Assembly: GCA_002269645.1 (NCBI GenBank)
Contig: NIVC01000001.1
Coordinates: 1,860,001 to 1,924,000, forward strand
Direction: 5' to 3'
DNA: 64,000 nucleotides
Origin: Macrostomum lignano
Taxonomy: Eukaryota
This document shows positions 32,201-60,868 of the stretch, one piece after another. A program made the position numbers and the translations under genes. The notes beneath the pieces were generated by a model. That model ran no database searches. It was not told where the DNA came from and saw only the letters and a program-made list of their open reading frames with translations. The stretch's first letter is position 1. Every line of letters begins with the position of its first letter.

Positions 32201-33823
32201 CGCTTCATCAACGCAGTCGCCATCGGCTCTACTCCGAAAGGACTGAACTTTGCAACAATTCAGGAGGCTTCAAAGTCAGACGGCACGATCCAAGCAGCTC
32301 TATCAGCTCTACGAACTGGCCAATGGGACAAGCAGAACAGAGAACTGCGAGCCTTGTCCTGCCTGCAGCAGGAGCTTTCAGAACATGACGGCGTGCTACT
32401 ACGGAGCTCGTTGATCGTGATCCCGAGCAGCTTACGTCGGACGGTGCTCCAGCTGGCACATGCAGGCCACCAATGCTGCCGAAAAACTATGGACAGACTG
32501 CAAACCAAAGTCTGGTGGCCAGCGATGAGAAGCGACTGCCAGGCGTTCGTCCAGTCTTGCCTTCCCTGTCAAGCGACATCGCCGAAGAGCCTCGCACCGC
32601 CACCACTCTCACCGTCGCAACTTCCGGACGGAGCATGGCTGGTTCTTGGAATGGACTTTTACGGCCCAGTCCAAGGGAAAATGCTCCTGGTGACAACCGA
32701 TCTGTTTTCAAAATTTCCCGAGGTCGACATAGTCAGCTCAACATCAGCAGAGGCAGTGCTTCCGCATCTCCGGACTCTGTTTAGCAGATACGGCATCCCG
32801 TTGGAAATCGTCAGCGACAATGGACCTCCGTTTAACTCGGCAGAATTCACAAACTTCCTCTCAGAGTTCGGCATCAAGCATCGCCGGATCTGTCCGCTGC
32901 ACCCCGAGGCGAACGGAGCGACCGAGCGAGTCAACAGGTGTATCAACAAGGTCATCAGAGCGGCCATCGCAGAAGGACGCAACTGGCGCACCGCACTCGA
33001 CGACTGGCTGCTCGCTCATCGCGTCACTCCGCACTCGGCAACCGGCGTGGCACCAGCCGAACTGCTCATGGGCCGAGCTCTCAACGACGGCCTCCCGTCA
33101 ATCCAACCATCGCAGCCTGTGCAGCACGACCGCGCCGAACTCGCAAAGCGCCACGAGGCCTACAACAACCAGATGGCAGCAGGTTTCAACCGCTCCAGGA
33201 GGGCCAAGGCAGCCAATGTCAAGCCGGGTTCGGCGGTTCTTCGCAAGCGGACGAGACGCACGAAAATTCAAACGCCTTTCGAGCTCGAACCCTGGACCGT
33301 CACCGACAGGCGAGGCGATTCCTACGTCCTGCGGCAAGGCGACTGGACATGCACTCGCCACCTGACGCACATCCGGCCTCTGACAGCGACCGAGGACCCA
33401 CCACCAGAAGCGGACGCCGGCGCCGCCTCGCCGGAGCGCGGCATTGCTGAGAGGCCGCACCCGAGAGCGGCCAAGGACAAGCCTATCAGCTACAGAGTTT
33501 GACGGGTTTTGACGGGTAACTGGTGCTAAGGGCTGAGACAAGTGTTTTTTTACCCTTAATGTTTTATTCCTTTTTCCTTATCTTTTTAATCCGCATTTTT
33601 GAGCTTTTTCGTTTTTTGGGGAGAAGTGTAATTGCCTCGCAATATTATTATCAATTTGTTCTAAATAGGCGAGTGAGTTATATTATAAATGTACATCTTG
33701 TGTCGCATGAGTCATGTACGCCGTACGCGTAAAACCTCAAATATATATATCGCTAACCTGGCCAGTTAGGGCCCCATGCTTGATTTTCTCGCTCAGCTTA
33801 ACACGCGGCCTTGAGACTTTACA
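29258..33823 (+). mobile_element. Full-length Ty3/Gypsy LTR retrotransposon (Mag-like), 4566 bp, with identical LTRs
   Basis: LTRs 29258-29454 and 33627-33823 (197 bp, TGT...ACA, identical by eye); 5-bp TSD CCAGC (29253-29257 and 33824-33828); PBS-like TGGCGTCGC at 29456; PPT GGGGAGAAG 33618-33626; one intact gag-pol ORF. Confidence 0.97.
29492..33502 (+). CDS. Gag-Pol polyprotein (Gag with Cys/His knuckle, aspartic protease, RT, RNase H, integrase), 1336 aa
   Basis: First ATG outside the LTR is at 29492. Motifs: CYRCG..H...C..CGKPNHLVKAC, LVDSGAS, RICQDLRDVN, AHDD, VDASPVGLG, YAQIEREAL, HAGH..C..C, GMDF, SDNGPPF, PEANGATER. Domain order PR-RT-RH-IN is that of Gypsy. Confidence 0.95.
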   Translation: MAQFISLPPPEQFSTSADQQNAGKRWNKWSDHFCDFIEASGIKDETQKCKLLAYTAGREIAQIIKDLPDDKKDSLETLLAAIKEHFKERNNIVFARYQFRLCVQQTGEPVDSWYSRLNSAAETCEFSALKDSLIRDQIVATCCSDKLRRRLLQESNISLGDALRQARAFEAAEEQATAIENSSSIAAVHRAAPKQFRDSGTRPNSQRVPGGQANSGPTSCYRCGERGHSSCNAAKGKTCLACGKPNHLVKACRQRRPQTSSSINAVADKEAEEVFIDHDSLNEEAFTIQSQKTAPRRNSANTNLRIEGKDFIVLVDSGASCNVMSEENFRRLRNVRLRSAIHPIFSYGSTTPLQVLGVADLNVSTAASRQLASFYITKGCGTTLLGRETAFNMGILHIQHPTVEVNSVQPTENLAASGIQELFSKYRDVDQDLPTELRISSILGEFQSIFEGLGCVKGVEVDVRLRPEAVPVCHPPSRVPVHQRSAVIAELQALLDQGIIERVNGPSPWVSRMVVVPKEGGGIRICQDLRDVNSFAVPEKQPIPTFEEITDEMAGSTVFSELDIVKAFHQILVKPESRHVFTFSTPLGLMRLTRLSMGFTNASEILQRVMTGVLSGLDGVRWAHDDITVFASTMEEHNIRLKQCFKRLQDHGITLNPNKCRLAQPFIDFLGMRISARGVQPAAEKIKAVKDFKEPTNVSELRSFLGLATYLSRFVPNFSDLTQPMRELLKKGHKWCWSERQQEAFLQTRAAICKESVLAFFDVNLPTEVHVDASPVGLGAILSQVDEKGVRKPVAFASRSLTPVEQRYAQIEREALAVKFGCLRFEHYLSGCPDLTVITDHRPLVPLFQPGSRPPPRIERMALRVQHLKFKLIYQPGPQNPADVLSRQPEMQTKDNPGELLDRRFINAVAIGSTPKGLNFATIQEASKSDGTIQAALSALRTGQWDKQNRELRALSCLQQELSEHDGVLLRSSLIVIPSSLRRTVLQLAHAGHQCCRKTMDRLQTKVWWPAMRSDCQAFVQSCLPCQATSPKSLAPPPLSPSQLPDGAWLVLGMDFYGPVQGKMLLVTTDLFSKFPEVDIVSSTSAEAVLPHLRTLFSRYGIPLEIVSDNGPPFNSAEFTNFLSEFGIKHRRICPLHPEANGATERVNRCINKVIRAAIAEGRNWRTALDDWLLAHRVTPHSATGVAPAELLMGRALNDGLPSIQPSQPVQHDRAELAKRHEAYNNQMAAGFNRSRRAKAANVKPGSAVLRKRTRRTKIQTPFELEPWTVTDRRGDSYVLRQGDWTCTRHLTHIRPLTATEDPPPEADAGAASPERGIAERPHPRAAKDKPISYRV

Positions 33824-34329
33824 CCAGCCAGTCGAAGTCGCCGCCCGCGCAGCAGGCCAGAAGACCGCATCAGGCGTGCCCTCGTGTAGAGCGCGGCGTT
33901 GGTCTCCGTTGGCGTTGGCCTCGAGCCCGTCATCCAAGGCCTCAGAATGTAGCACGGAGAGCATAGAACGAAACGCGGCCCAGGCCAGTCCTCGTTGTCT
34001 TAACAGGTCGTCGGCAACGTCCGGCACGAGGCCACCGATGTACAGGAACCGCTGGCAACGGGTAAGCATGATTGCCTCCCCGGCAGCGTCTCGGTAGTTG
34101 ATCTCGGCAGGCAGGTCGGAGGGCACCGTGAAGACCACTGTCTTCCGCGCGTCCAGCATGAGGCCGACTCGCCATACCATTGACCAAGCCATTTAAAGGC
34201 TAAGGCATCCTAAAATTGGCAAATATTTATAATTATTTATTGCATAGTCATTAATTACTGATACTTTACAGACACAGTATTGGACGAAACAGATGGACAC
34301 ATTCATGTACATGGATGAACAAACAAGAC

Positions 34330-35015
34330 TAGCTACAGATCAGAAACCAAACAGCAAACACAGCACATAATAACACCATCAACAACATTACCGACAACAC
34401 CACCAAAAACGAAAACAACACCAACAACAACACCAATGGCAACAACAACAACAACAAAACCAACAGCAAGCAACAACAATAACACTAACAGCAAAAACAA
34501 CAACAACAACAAAACCAACAATGCTAACAGAAGCAACAACAACAACAACAAAAACAACAACAACAACAACAGCAGCAAAAACAACAACAACAACAAAACC
34601 AACAATGCTAACAGAAGCAACAACAACAACAACAAAAACAACAACAACAACAACAGCAGCAAAAACAACAACAACAACAAAAACAACAACAACAACAACA
34701 GCAGCAAAAATAACAACAACAACAATAACAACAACAACAACAGCAGCAGCAAAAATAACAACAACAACAATAACAAAAACAAAAACAAAAACAACAACAA
34801 CAACAGCACGTGGGACATGGTGTCCGATTTACGGCGCTCTTCGACCTCCCCCGAAGGAAGAGGGTCCCCTCCGCGACGAAAACGCGGCGCCCTAAGCTCG
34901 AAGCTAATCGGCGCAACATCGGCGTCACTAGTCTGAGTGACTTTGCACGTGGTGACTTGGTGGCGCAGCTCCTGGGAGCCGTCGACTGGCGGCCCCTGTG
35001 AGTTGCTCACCGCAG

Positions 35016-35046
<31 letters not shown>

Positions 35047-35200
35047 AACCAACAGCAAGCAACAACAATAACACTAACAGCAGAAACAACACCACCAACA
35101 CCAACGAAACCAACAATGCTAACAGAAGCAACAACAACAATAAAACCATCAACAACAACAACAAAAACGACAACAACAAACAGAGAAAAAGCAGCAATTA
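34330..35200. repeat. Compound (AAC)n microsatellite with a GC-rich island of about 210 bp at 34808-35015
   Basis: Direct reading; explains the poly-N/T/L/C ORFs in the track. Confidence 0.9.
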
Positions 35201-38017
35201 AAAGCAGTTGACAGCGAGAGTAAGAATTGTTGACTTGGACTTTAGAGTGACTGCATGGGCGTGGGTATGCATGCAATGAAACCCGCGTGTTGAACCAAAT
35301 ATTAATTAGCTGACCGTTTCAAATTTCATCAAATGTCCTCAATTCCTGTCTTGATCCCTCTTAAAAAAGGATTGAGTTGAGAAGCTTTTTACAGTTCACC
35401 AAGCACCTTTCCCAACACTTAGGGGAATTCTCCCACAATACAAACTGAATTGAACCATCTATTGAAGAAGTACAACTCACATAATGTGGTCTCAACTGTA
35501 TACATGCAGCGCTTCGGTCGCATTTTTAATTAATTATGCATGCAGATTGGGTGAACACTTTTTGCGTAAAAATACGCAGATTAGGAAAGGTGTATCTACC
35601 TTGTATTTTAGCTCTGTAAATGTATATTAAATTAATGTGGTCTTTGAGGACATGCATGTACAAGAAAATGAAGGAAATGTATACTGTGTAATGTACGCAC
35701 CAAGGACTATACTTTATTAGAAGGACTTAACTATTTAATTGGTTTTGTATTTACATTATCCTACATATAAATATTGAGGGCCTAAAAATCTAAAAAATGG
35801 CACGGCTCGACGCCTTCGTTTCAAGAATCTGTTTTATCATTGTGTTACACATTTTGTCACACAGCCATAAGCTGAGATTTTGTGCTGAAAAAAACGGAAA
35901 AAACTGCTATCTCTGTAATGTATTCTTTTCTGTAAAACCTGCTTCCTTAAATTTCCAAGAAACTTACGGGCTCTAAAATTTTCCAAGAAACCTCGGCGCG
36001 CACGCGTACATACAATATATACACGCATAGTGTAACTCGGTCTAGGCCTATGTAGCTTACATTTACAACTACTTCTCTCAGCTGATAGTTGGGCAAAGCT
36101 TGTGATGTGACTGAGTGACCAAGGTAATGTTCCCTCGGTCTTAACCTGCGTCCCCTGGGTGCTTATTATACAGGTACACGCCAAAGGCGTGACAGCCATG
36201 CACTAGCCTCCTGCGTAAGAAAGTATACCCGGGAAAACTTTCGCTAATGAGACGGGGATCCAAGCCTGCTACGGGCAACGAATTTGGAGCCATATTTTCA
36301 AGTCGTAGTGCCGGCTGATCTAAGGGACTGCGAGGTGCCAATAAAGTAGCAATAGGCCAGGGGATTCTTATGACCTTGGATTGATCAGTGCGGTTGAGCA
36401 GGGCGGCTATATGCTATTCCTTGGTTTTCCAGGGTTCTGATTCTTCTGAGACAGATGCAGCGCTAAACTGAGATTTCCTCGTCAACTGGCCATTCATTTT
36501 CGATTGGCCAGTTAATTCATACATTTTCGATTAAGTATGAGCTATCCAGACTCCACAGTGATTCACGGTTGTCTCAGAGCTGTTTCTGTTAATTTCAGTT
36601 CGACACTGCACCGACACGACACTACATTGATATCCAATGATTATTCGTCAAAACGATGGCCAATAAGTTTGGAAACAAATGAGTTAAAAAGCACATGTTA
36701 AAAGCATAGAATGATTGCAAGCAACTTACCAGTAATTAGGTCTCTAGACCGACAGGTGAACTCTCGATGTGTTTGTGGCGGTACGGGCAATTCAAGGCGG
36801 CTTAGCCGCATGGGCACTGGCGTCGCTTGTTGTCGCGGAGGCGAGTCGAACTGATGTTTGGGATTGAGAGGCTGTTGTGGGGGTGGGTGATAAAGAAGGT
36901 CATATTGAGGACAACGAACTGCTTATATTCATGTAAAGAGCTGGAATCACGTCCCATGCGCGTGACTCATATGATGCATATTAGACCTTGAACTGCCCTG
37001 GGTCGGCGTCGCCAAGCAACCGAGTGACATCATTGCCCAGCCGTAACGTGATTGGCTATAAAAAGATAGGGTGGTGGGTGCGCGGTTTAGATAGGGAAAA
37101 TTAGGACATCATTATATGATTCACATGACTTGGGAAAAATGGATTGCAGGAGAGGGAGTTTATTGATGCGTTCCAGTTCAATGATTTTGAACAAAGAAGC
37201 GAAGGATTAGGTGGCCCGAAAGGGGAGTCATCCGATGAGCACCTGTGGAAGGGGCCTAGATATCTAGGGTTAGGATCGCGTTGGGCCGTGCAGGGGAAAA
37301 TATCAAAAGTATCACGAAAGTTTAATAGGGGCCTAGCACCGCTGTTGCACGGTCACATGTAACGTGTTTACGTTCAAATTTCAAGCGCACTTACGGGTGT
37401 CCTGATTGGCTAGAGGGTCCTGTCAGCATAAAACTCCATGGCCTGCCTTTTACATGTATACATGTAACTGTAGGCAGGGGGATTAATTTGGAGTTTGTTG
37501 AGTTTTGTACTACAATGTAGGACTTGTTGGTTTTATTAGTGTTGTATGTTTCTTTTTAGACGACATTATAATTTTATATTATAGAGAGTGTTAATTTTAG
37601 GAACAGAGAGACTTACACCATCAAAGTACTGGGTCGGCGTGGGCATCTATAACGCCATATTATCTGTGGACTCAAAGCTGTCCAATATTTCTTGACTGTG
37701 TTGCAGCAACTGCTGAGCAGTCTCTTTAGTTCTGCGGACATGCGTATGAGAAGACAGTTACTTAAGAATTTTTACGCAGTCTACATATTTGTGTGCTTTA
37801 GCGGTTTGATCAAATGTTTTAGTAGTCAAGTTAACTTTTGTTATGTTAAATGCTAAAGCGCATACACTATACTAATGTATATACTCGTACTAAAAAAGTC
37901 CTCGTTTGGATAAATTAATTTTTTTTAAAACTAATAAAAAACCAGCATTAAAAATGTAGTATTGCCATTTAGCTGGAGCATCCGTTCAAATTTATGCTTT
38001 ATAATATGTAGTACATC

Positions 38018-40209
38018 CCCAGTGAAAAAAATGATATGGATTCCATGTGGATTTTTCATATGAAATCCATATGTGCATTTGTCTCCGTCCATCCATGTGG
38101 AATCAAGATATGGATTCCACATCGAAGATCCACATGGAAGTAATTATGTATTTCACATAGAATCCACATTGTCATTGAGTAGCAGCCATTATACTGGTTG
38201 CCATAATAAATTGTTGCATCTTAAATTGCAAAATAATACCAGATCTCAAAATTTCATACAAACCCCAGATCTCAATACCATATAAAAAAACTGAAACACA
38301 GATAAAACACCAAAGCCAAAAAATATTTATGCACAAAAATATATTCAAAAAAGGATGTCAATAAGTAAGGTGTATTTATGTACAGTAGTAAGTCACTGGC
38401 ACACAAAGAATAAACACACTGATGTAGATATTGATACCTTTAGAGTTGCGCATATGATATAATATATAATTTGAAACTGACATTGTCAATAGCATTAATT
38501 AACAATATTATAATGCACCAGAATTAGAATGCTCAGAAACAAGCTGCTGCCAATTGCCAGAATGCTGCTTCTTCAGGTCAGGTGAGAAACCTTAGAAAAG
38601 AAATGAGTTAAAATACAGAATTTTATTAGTATCTGTGAATAACAGATAAATGTACATTTTGATGACAGAAAAAAATCAGTTTGTAACTAAAACTTACCAC
38701 TGCTTCACAAAAGGTAGCATTCTGGATATTAAATTCAAATTCCAAGTAGCTCTGCATGCTTCTTCAAAGGCAAGACCAAGGTGATACTCAAGTTTTAGGA
38801 TAAGCCACATGATGTTAGGCTGAAATGAAACAAAAAAATAGTTGTTGCCAATTAAGATTGATAGATTATATTAGTATACTTTTAAGGATGAATACTTAAT
38901 AAAGACTATTTCAAAAGTAACAAGGCCTAAGTCAATAAATAGAAATACCAATAAAATAATGAGTATAGAAATTATTATTATATTTGTTTATAGATTTAAT
39001 TTTTTTATTTTAAAATTGGCTCTAGACCATATAGTTTTTAGGCAAAACAATGCAAGTGTCATTTATTTGCTAGTATGATAAAACATTAGGCCTAAGTCTA
39101 AATAGGCATTATGCCCCATGGCTATTAAATTCTAGACTTGGCCTAGCCCTACATTTGATCAAATTTACAATAATCATTATTTATTCATAATAACAACCTT
39201 AGTTGCTAGGCTAGTTATGCCAAAAGCAAGTTGCAAGCATAATTGCAAAGAATTTAATTATTAGATCTAATAACATTGTTTTTAAAAATGCAACAAGTCC
39301 AAAAGATGCTAACAGGCTTTCTTGCAGAAAATCATAATTTATAGATTTAACTGAATAGCTAGATTGACTACTCAATTCACAAAGTCAAGCTAGTCCTAAC
39401 CTTAATTAAAATAGAACTAGACATAACTTGATAGTTATGGCTTAAAATAGGCTTAATAAGCATACATATAAACAGATAGGTAGGACTAAGAGGAAATGAG
39501 CTTCTGTAGGCCTATTGAAGTTAAAAATGAGTATCTAAACTATGCTATGGGCATGGCCATAGGATTCCTAGAAATTGGATAAATAATTTTATCATGGATT
39601 TTACCAAAAGTAGGCCTATCTATGAAAAAATACTGATTTATCTAATTTCGAATCCCATGGAGGCCATGGCCTTATAAGTGTTGCCTATAGGTAAGGCCTA
39701 CTAAAATTTATAAGGTGCTTAAATAGCCATAAACAAGGCAATTTATCTTTCAAGGCCTTGAACCAAGACATTGACGAATAAAAATAAAATAAATTCAATT
39801 TAAAAAAGCACGAAACATTTTTTACTGTCCACTTCTATTTTGTCTATTATAACAAACAGCGTCTAATTTTTCGATTATAATTTAGCTTAAAGTTATTAAG
39901 TTTTACTTAAAAGCACATAAATATAATAATTAATTTAATTAATTTTATAAAAACATCTGAATGTAGTATGTCTCTGTTTTTTATCGAAGTGGATTCCATG
40001 TTGAATCAATATTCGCGTATTTCTGATGAATTCCTTGTAAAATCCACATCTACATTAGGATAGTAAAAATAGAAAATGAATGCATAAAAAATACTTTGCG
40101 TACCATTATGTAATCTTTAATTCATTAATTTGCAAAAATAAAAGAAACATTTAAATTCCACATGGCCACGTGGAACCCACGTGGAATCCATAAATCATTT
40201 TTCACTGGG
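38018..40209. mobile_element. Non-autonomous EnSpm/CACTA-like DNA transposon (CCCAGTG TIRs, 2-bp TSD)
   Basis: Left end CCCAGTGAAAAAAATGATATGGATTCCATGTGG; right end reverse complement CCCAGTGAAAAATGATTTATGGATTCCACGTGG; TC on both flanks (38016-38017, 40210-40211); subterminal repeats of TGGATTCCA/ATCCAC. No intact transposase seen. Confidence 0.75.
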
Positions 40210-41878
40210 TCACAACTACAAGGTCAGCCAAAGGCCTTATTAGTTACGATGCATGTATTTACTCCGCATGCTAGCCTAACTCTTGCATTACATAGTTTTA
40301 TAAATTTATACTTACAATTTCAATCCCATTCCGATTTAAATGTAACGGATTGTTTAAATGTGCTTTGGATTTAATAACAAATTGTTATCCTATTTGGGGG
40401 TTAACCTATTTGCTTTCTGTAATCATTTGGGCCATCAAAATATGTAATTTAACATCTTGCGATGCTGAAGAAAAGTTTGTAAGTAGCGTAGTAACTTGGC
40501 TGATATTTGTTTAATACCAATAAAGGGTTGCGTTTAAATATAATACAATTTGAATCGGGTTTCTTTCCAAGCGTGTCTGAGTGCTGCGGAGCTCAGAGCA
40601 GAGTGTTTAATCGTTGTCATATCTCATATGTTAGACTCGATAGATCGATATTCATATATCTGCATAGGTCAGTGTGAATATATATACATTGATTATAATT
40701 AGCTCATTAGAAGTTAGATTCAAACTCATTTTATCAATCTGAGTCACTAATCACAATATATAGGCAGTGCTTATCCCCACGGTGCCGTAGGAATAATTTG
40801 TCTTATTAGTGCACTCAATGAGAGGTTCGGTGATTACGAGTAAAATTATACTCTGCCCGGTAATCGCGCTGCTATCCCGTCTACGACTCCGAATTCTTTA
40901 GGCCGCGTGATACGCTGAAATTAATTAAAGAACCACCTAGAAAATATGATGAATGCATGTAAGGTTTTATATAGTACAAGTAAATGAGGGCACTATTACA
41001 TATATACATTTATGAGGGGCGCAATTAAATGGCTGCTGCAAAATAAAAGGGGCGCCTAATTGCATGATCCTCTGTCCAATCGTTCTTGGTTCCCGTCTAT
41101 TTTTTATACAAGACAAACAATGTTATGTATGTCATGCACATGTTATAGCACGCAATAATAGCACACCATGAGTTATACAATGTAAACGTGATGGCCCATG
41201 CTGCACGATAGGCAGTCAGTTTCCGGATGAGGGCAAAGCTATAGTATATCCGGATACCGGCCCTTTGATACACTGCTGTCATTAATTTACACTTTGAACC
41301 ACGTACACCTATGAACTACGTATTATCAGGTTTTCTTTGCCTGTTGCAACTGCAAAATACACCGTAGTAATTAACTGTCAGCGGTATAGTAGTGTATAGC
41401 GTTAGCCATCTGCCAATTTTAAATAAAGAATCTAACTAAGCAGCAGGCTTATAGATACTTCAAAATAAAAAGCAATGATGCTATGCTCGACCGAAGCTTT
41501 AGGAAAATGTCCTAAAGTTCATGTTTCGTTGTTAAATTGTGTAGAACGTGTGAAAATACGTACCAATTCAAAGTGCTTTTCCAAGAAAAACTTTAAATAT
41601 TGATCAAATTTTAATTCAATACTATTCCAACTGTACGATATTTCAACAACACTAGGGTAGGGCTTAATAACAACAAGCACAAACAAAAGTTGCTTAGTTG
41701 TCTCTTTGCGTCAGATAAATGCTTTTCGTTTCTTCATAAAAATCGAATGAATTTTTAATGACGAACATAAATAAAAGTTACAACAGCATTCTGCCGTGAA
41801 CAGCTCTTATACTTAAATTATTATAAATTTCAATTCAACTGAAGCATTCTTTAACTTGTATTCGATTGAACAGAAATA

Positions 41879-58466
<16,588 letters not shown>

Positions 58467-58475
<9 letters not shown>

Positions 58476-58960
58476 CTAATCTGTAGCTAATCTGTAGCTA
58501 ATCTGTAGCTAATCTATAGCTAATCTATAGCTAATCTATAGCTAATCTATAGCTAATCTGTAGCTAATCTATAGCTAATCTATAGCTAATCTGTAGCTAA
58601 TCTGTAGCTAATCTATAGCTAATCTATAGCTAATCTGTAGCTAATCTATAGCTAATCTATAGCTAATCTGTAGCTAATCTATAGCTAATCTATAGCTAAT
58701 CTATAGCTAATCTGTAGATAATCTATAGCTAATCTGTAGCTAATCTGTAGCTAATCTATAGCTAATCTATAGCTAATCTGTAGCTAATCTATAGCTAATC
58801 TATAGCTAATCTGTAGAATCACCAGCAATCTATAGCTAATCTATAACTAATCTGTAGAATCACCAGCAATCAATAGCTAATTCTATTACTAATCTGTAAA
58901 AACACCAGCAATCTATAGCTAATCTGTATAATGGCCACCCATCTATAGCTAATCTGTAGA
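58467..58960. repeat. 11-nt repeat (AATCTATAGCT) starting at the OSBPL9 stop codon
   Basis: The first unit contains the TAG at 58473-58475. Confidence 0.95.
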
Positions 58961-60149
58961 ATCACCCAATTAACCCAGAAGCTGAATCGCAGTTATTGTT
59001 AATGCAATTTCCCTAAATTTTATCCTGTTCAGCTCTAGCCTATATTCAGTGTAAAATGTTAAATGCAAACCTAGATGTTTAATTACTGTTTATTATATTT
59101 TGCTTTAGAGTGGGTAATTTGGTGTCTACTCTATCCCTTACTGGTAATTTTGAATTGTAATCCTTCTTAAAGAACATTAATTTTAATTCCTGAACTGTTC
59201 GCATGATGCTACTTGTCAGTAGACCGATAAGTTAATAGTATGATGCGAATATTCTTTGATGATTTTGTTTAGCTTCAAAGTTATTATATTTTGAAGTAAT
59301 CAACACAAACGATTAATTCTGGTCAATAATTTGTTTTGTGTGTAAATTTGTTACAATAATGATTATAATATTATAAATCATTAGTGAGTTGCAATGCTCA
59401 AAAGGATTACATATTTTTGTTGACTAATCTTATAAAAATATCAGTACATTATACTACTTAGTTAGTAAGTAGTTCTAATGCTGCAGTTGCTGATTTTCCA
59501 TACACAGACGAGGCAATATCTATGTGCATATATTCACCAGCACTCAGTAGTACTATTGATGGCCATATCTCTGTTCTGTGACTTTGATTACAGTGTTGCT
59601 TCTATCCTATCATAGCTGTAAATATCCCTTCCCTGCAGTTCATCAATTTACTTCAACTATCTAATAACAGACCGATACACACACAACGCCGCTTTCAAGG
59701 TTATGATGATGCTCTATTGATTGTATTAAAATTATTTATTCTGTTTAGTAATTGTTCTTTTATGTTGTTTATGATGCCTGAATATTGACACATAATTAAC
59801 TGCAATAGTACTTTTGATGATTTTTATTGCTTATTAACATTTTGCTTAACAATTGCAGTAAATATCTATCTGGCAAATTTATATATCCTTTTATCTTTTC
59901 TGGCCTCGCTTTCATTCTGTGCATGCGTCAGACTGTCTCTGCTGCGTGAGTACTGTGCGCGACATATGTGATCGAGAAAATGAGTCAATGGATTGATGAT
60001 GCTTAATAATAATATATTGATTATTATTATTATTATTATTATACTGTGACACTGAACTGAATCCAACCCATGTCTAGTTAATGTCAGTTCTGTCTCTTCT
60101 CTTTTTTTAATATCTATGTTATTTGCTGTTGATCCCAGCTAACCCCCTA

Positions 60150-60735
60150 CAAATCTCAGCTAGTCCCGGACAGATCTCAGCTAGTCATGGACAGATCTCA
60201 GCAAGTCCCGGACAGATCTCAGCTAGACATGGACAGATCTCAGCTAGTCATGGACAGATCTCAGCTAGTCATGGACAGATCTCAACTAGTCATGGACAGA
60301 TCTAAGCTAGTCCCGGACAGATCTAAGCTAGTCCCGGACGGATCTCAGCTAGTCCCGGACAGATCTCAGCTAGTCCCGTACAGATCTCAGCTAGTCCCAG
60401 ACAAATCTCAGCTAGTCCCAGACAAATCTCAGCTAGTCCCAGACATATCTCAGCTAGTCCCAGACATATATCTCAGCTAGTCCCGTACAGATCTCAGCTA
60501 GTCCCAGACATATCTCAGCTAGTCCCGGGCAGATCTCAGCTAGTCCCGGACAGATCTCAGCTAGTCCCGGGCAGATCTCAGCTAGTCCCGGACAGATCTC
60601 AGCTAGTCCCGGACAGATCTCAGCTAGTCCCGGACAGATCTCAGCTAGTCCCGGACAGATCTCAGCTAGTCCCGAACAGATCTCAGCTAGTCCCGGACAG
60701 ATCTCAGCTAGTCCCGGACAGATCTCAGCTAGTCC
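60150..60735. repeat. 21-nt minisatellite (AGCTAGTCCCGGACAGATCTC) upstream of CDKAL1
   Basis: Period 21 (60601, 60622). Confidence 0.95.
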
Positions 60736-60868
60736 AGTCCCCAGTCTAAAAGAGTCCAGAGTCCTTAATTATTCTTAATGTGGTCCCAAATCAGTTCTTA
60801 GTTAGTCCTTAATGTGTCATAATATAGTCCCAAAGTTAATCCTCAATTTCCCATCCCGGAGTTTGCAG

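Larger units (their letters stand above)
29031..34190 (-). mobile_element. 5'-truncated, degenerate non-LTR retrotransposon (LINE, RTE-like RT C-terminus), split by the LTR element
   Basis: 34190-33824: VGLMLDARKT...CQRFLYIGGLVP...DLLRQRGLAWAAF. Removing the LTR element and one TSD copy restores GRRLRLAGHVIRSEARCPEP across 33824/29252. It continues to RYPDRLLTDAGAPD and a short (TTG)n-like tail at about 29031-29040. Clade assignment is tentative. Confidence 0.75.

Noticed and set aside
34333-35276. Poly-Asn, poly-Thr, poly-Leu and poly-Cys ORFs
   Set aside because: Translations of (AAC)n with no splice or homology support.
36955-37075. TGACTCA, ATTGG and TATAAAA cluster resembling a promoter
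   Set aside because: No associated gene, LTR partner or transcript can be supported from sequence alone.
59915-60085. Candidate ATG-containing first exons for CDKAL1 (ATGCGT...GC|GTGAGT; ATGTCTA|GTTAAT)
   Set aside because: The first is phase 2 and incompatible with the phase-0 acceptor. The second needs a weak donor and an alternative acceptor. Neither is excluded without RNA data.
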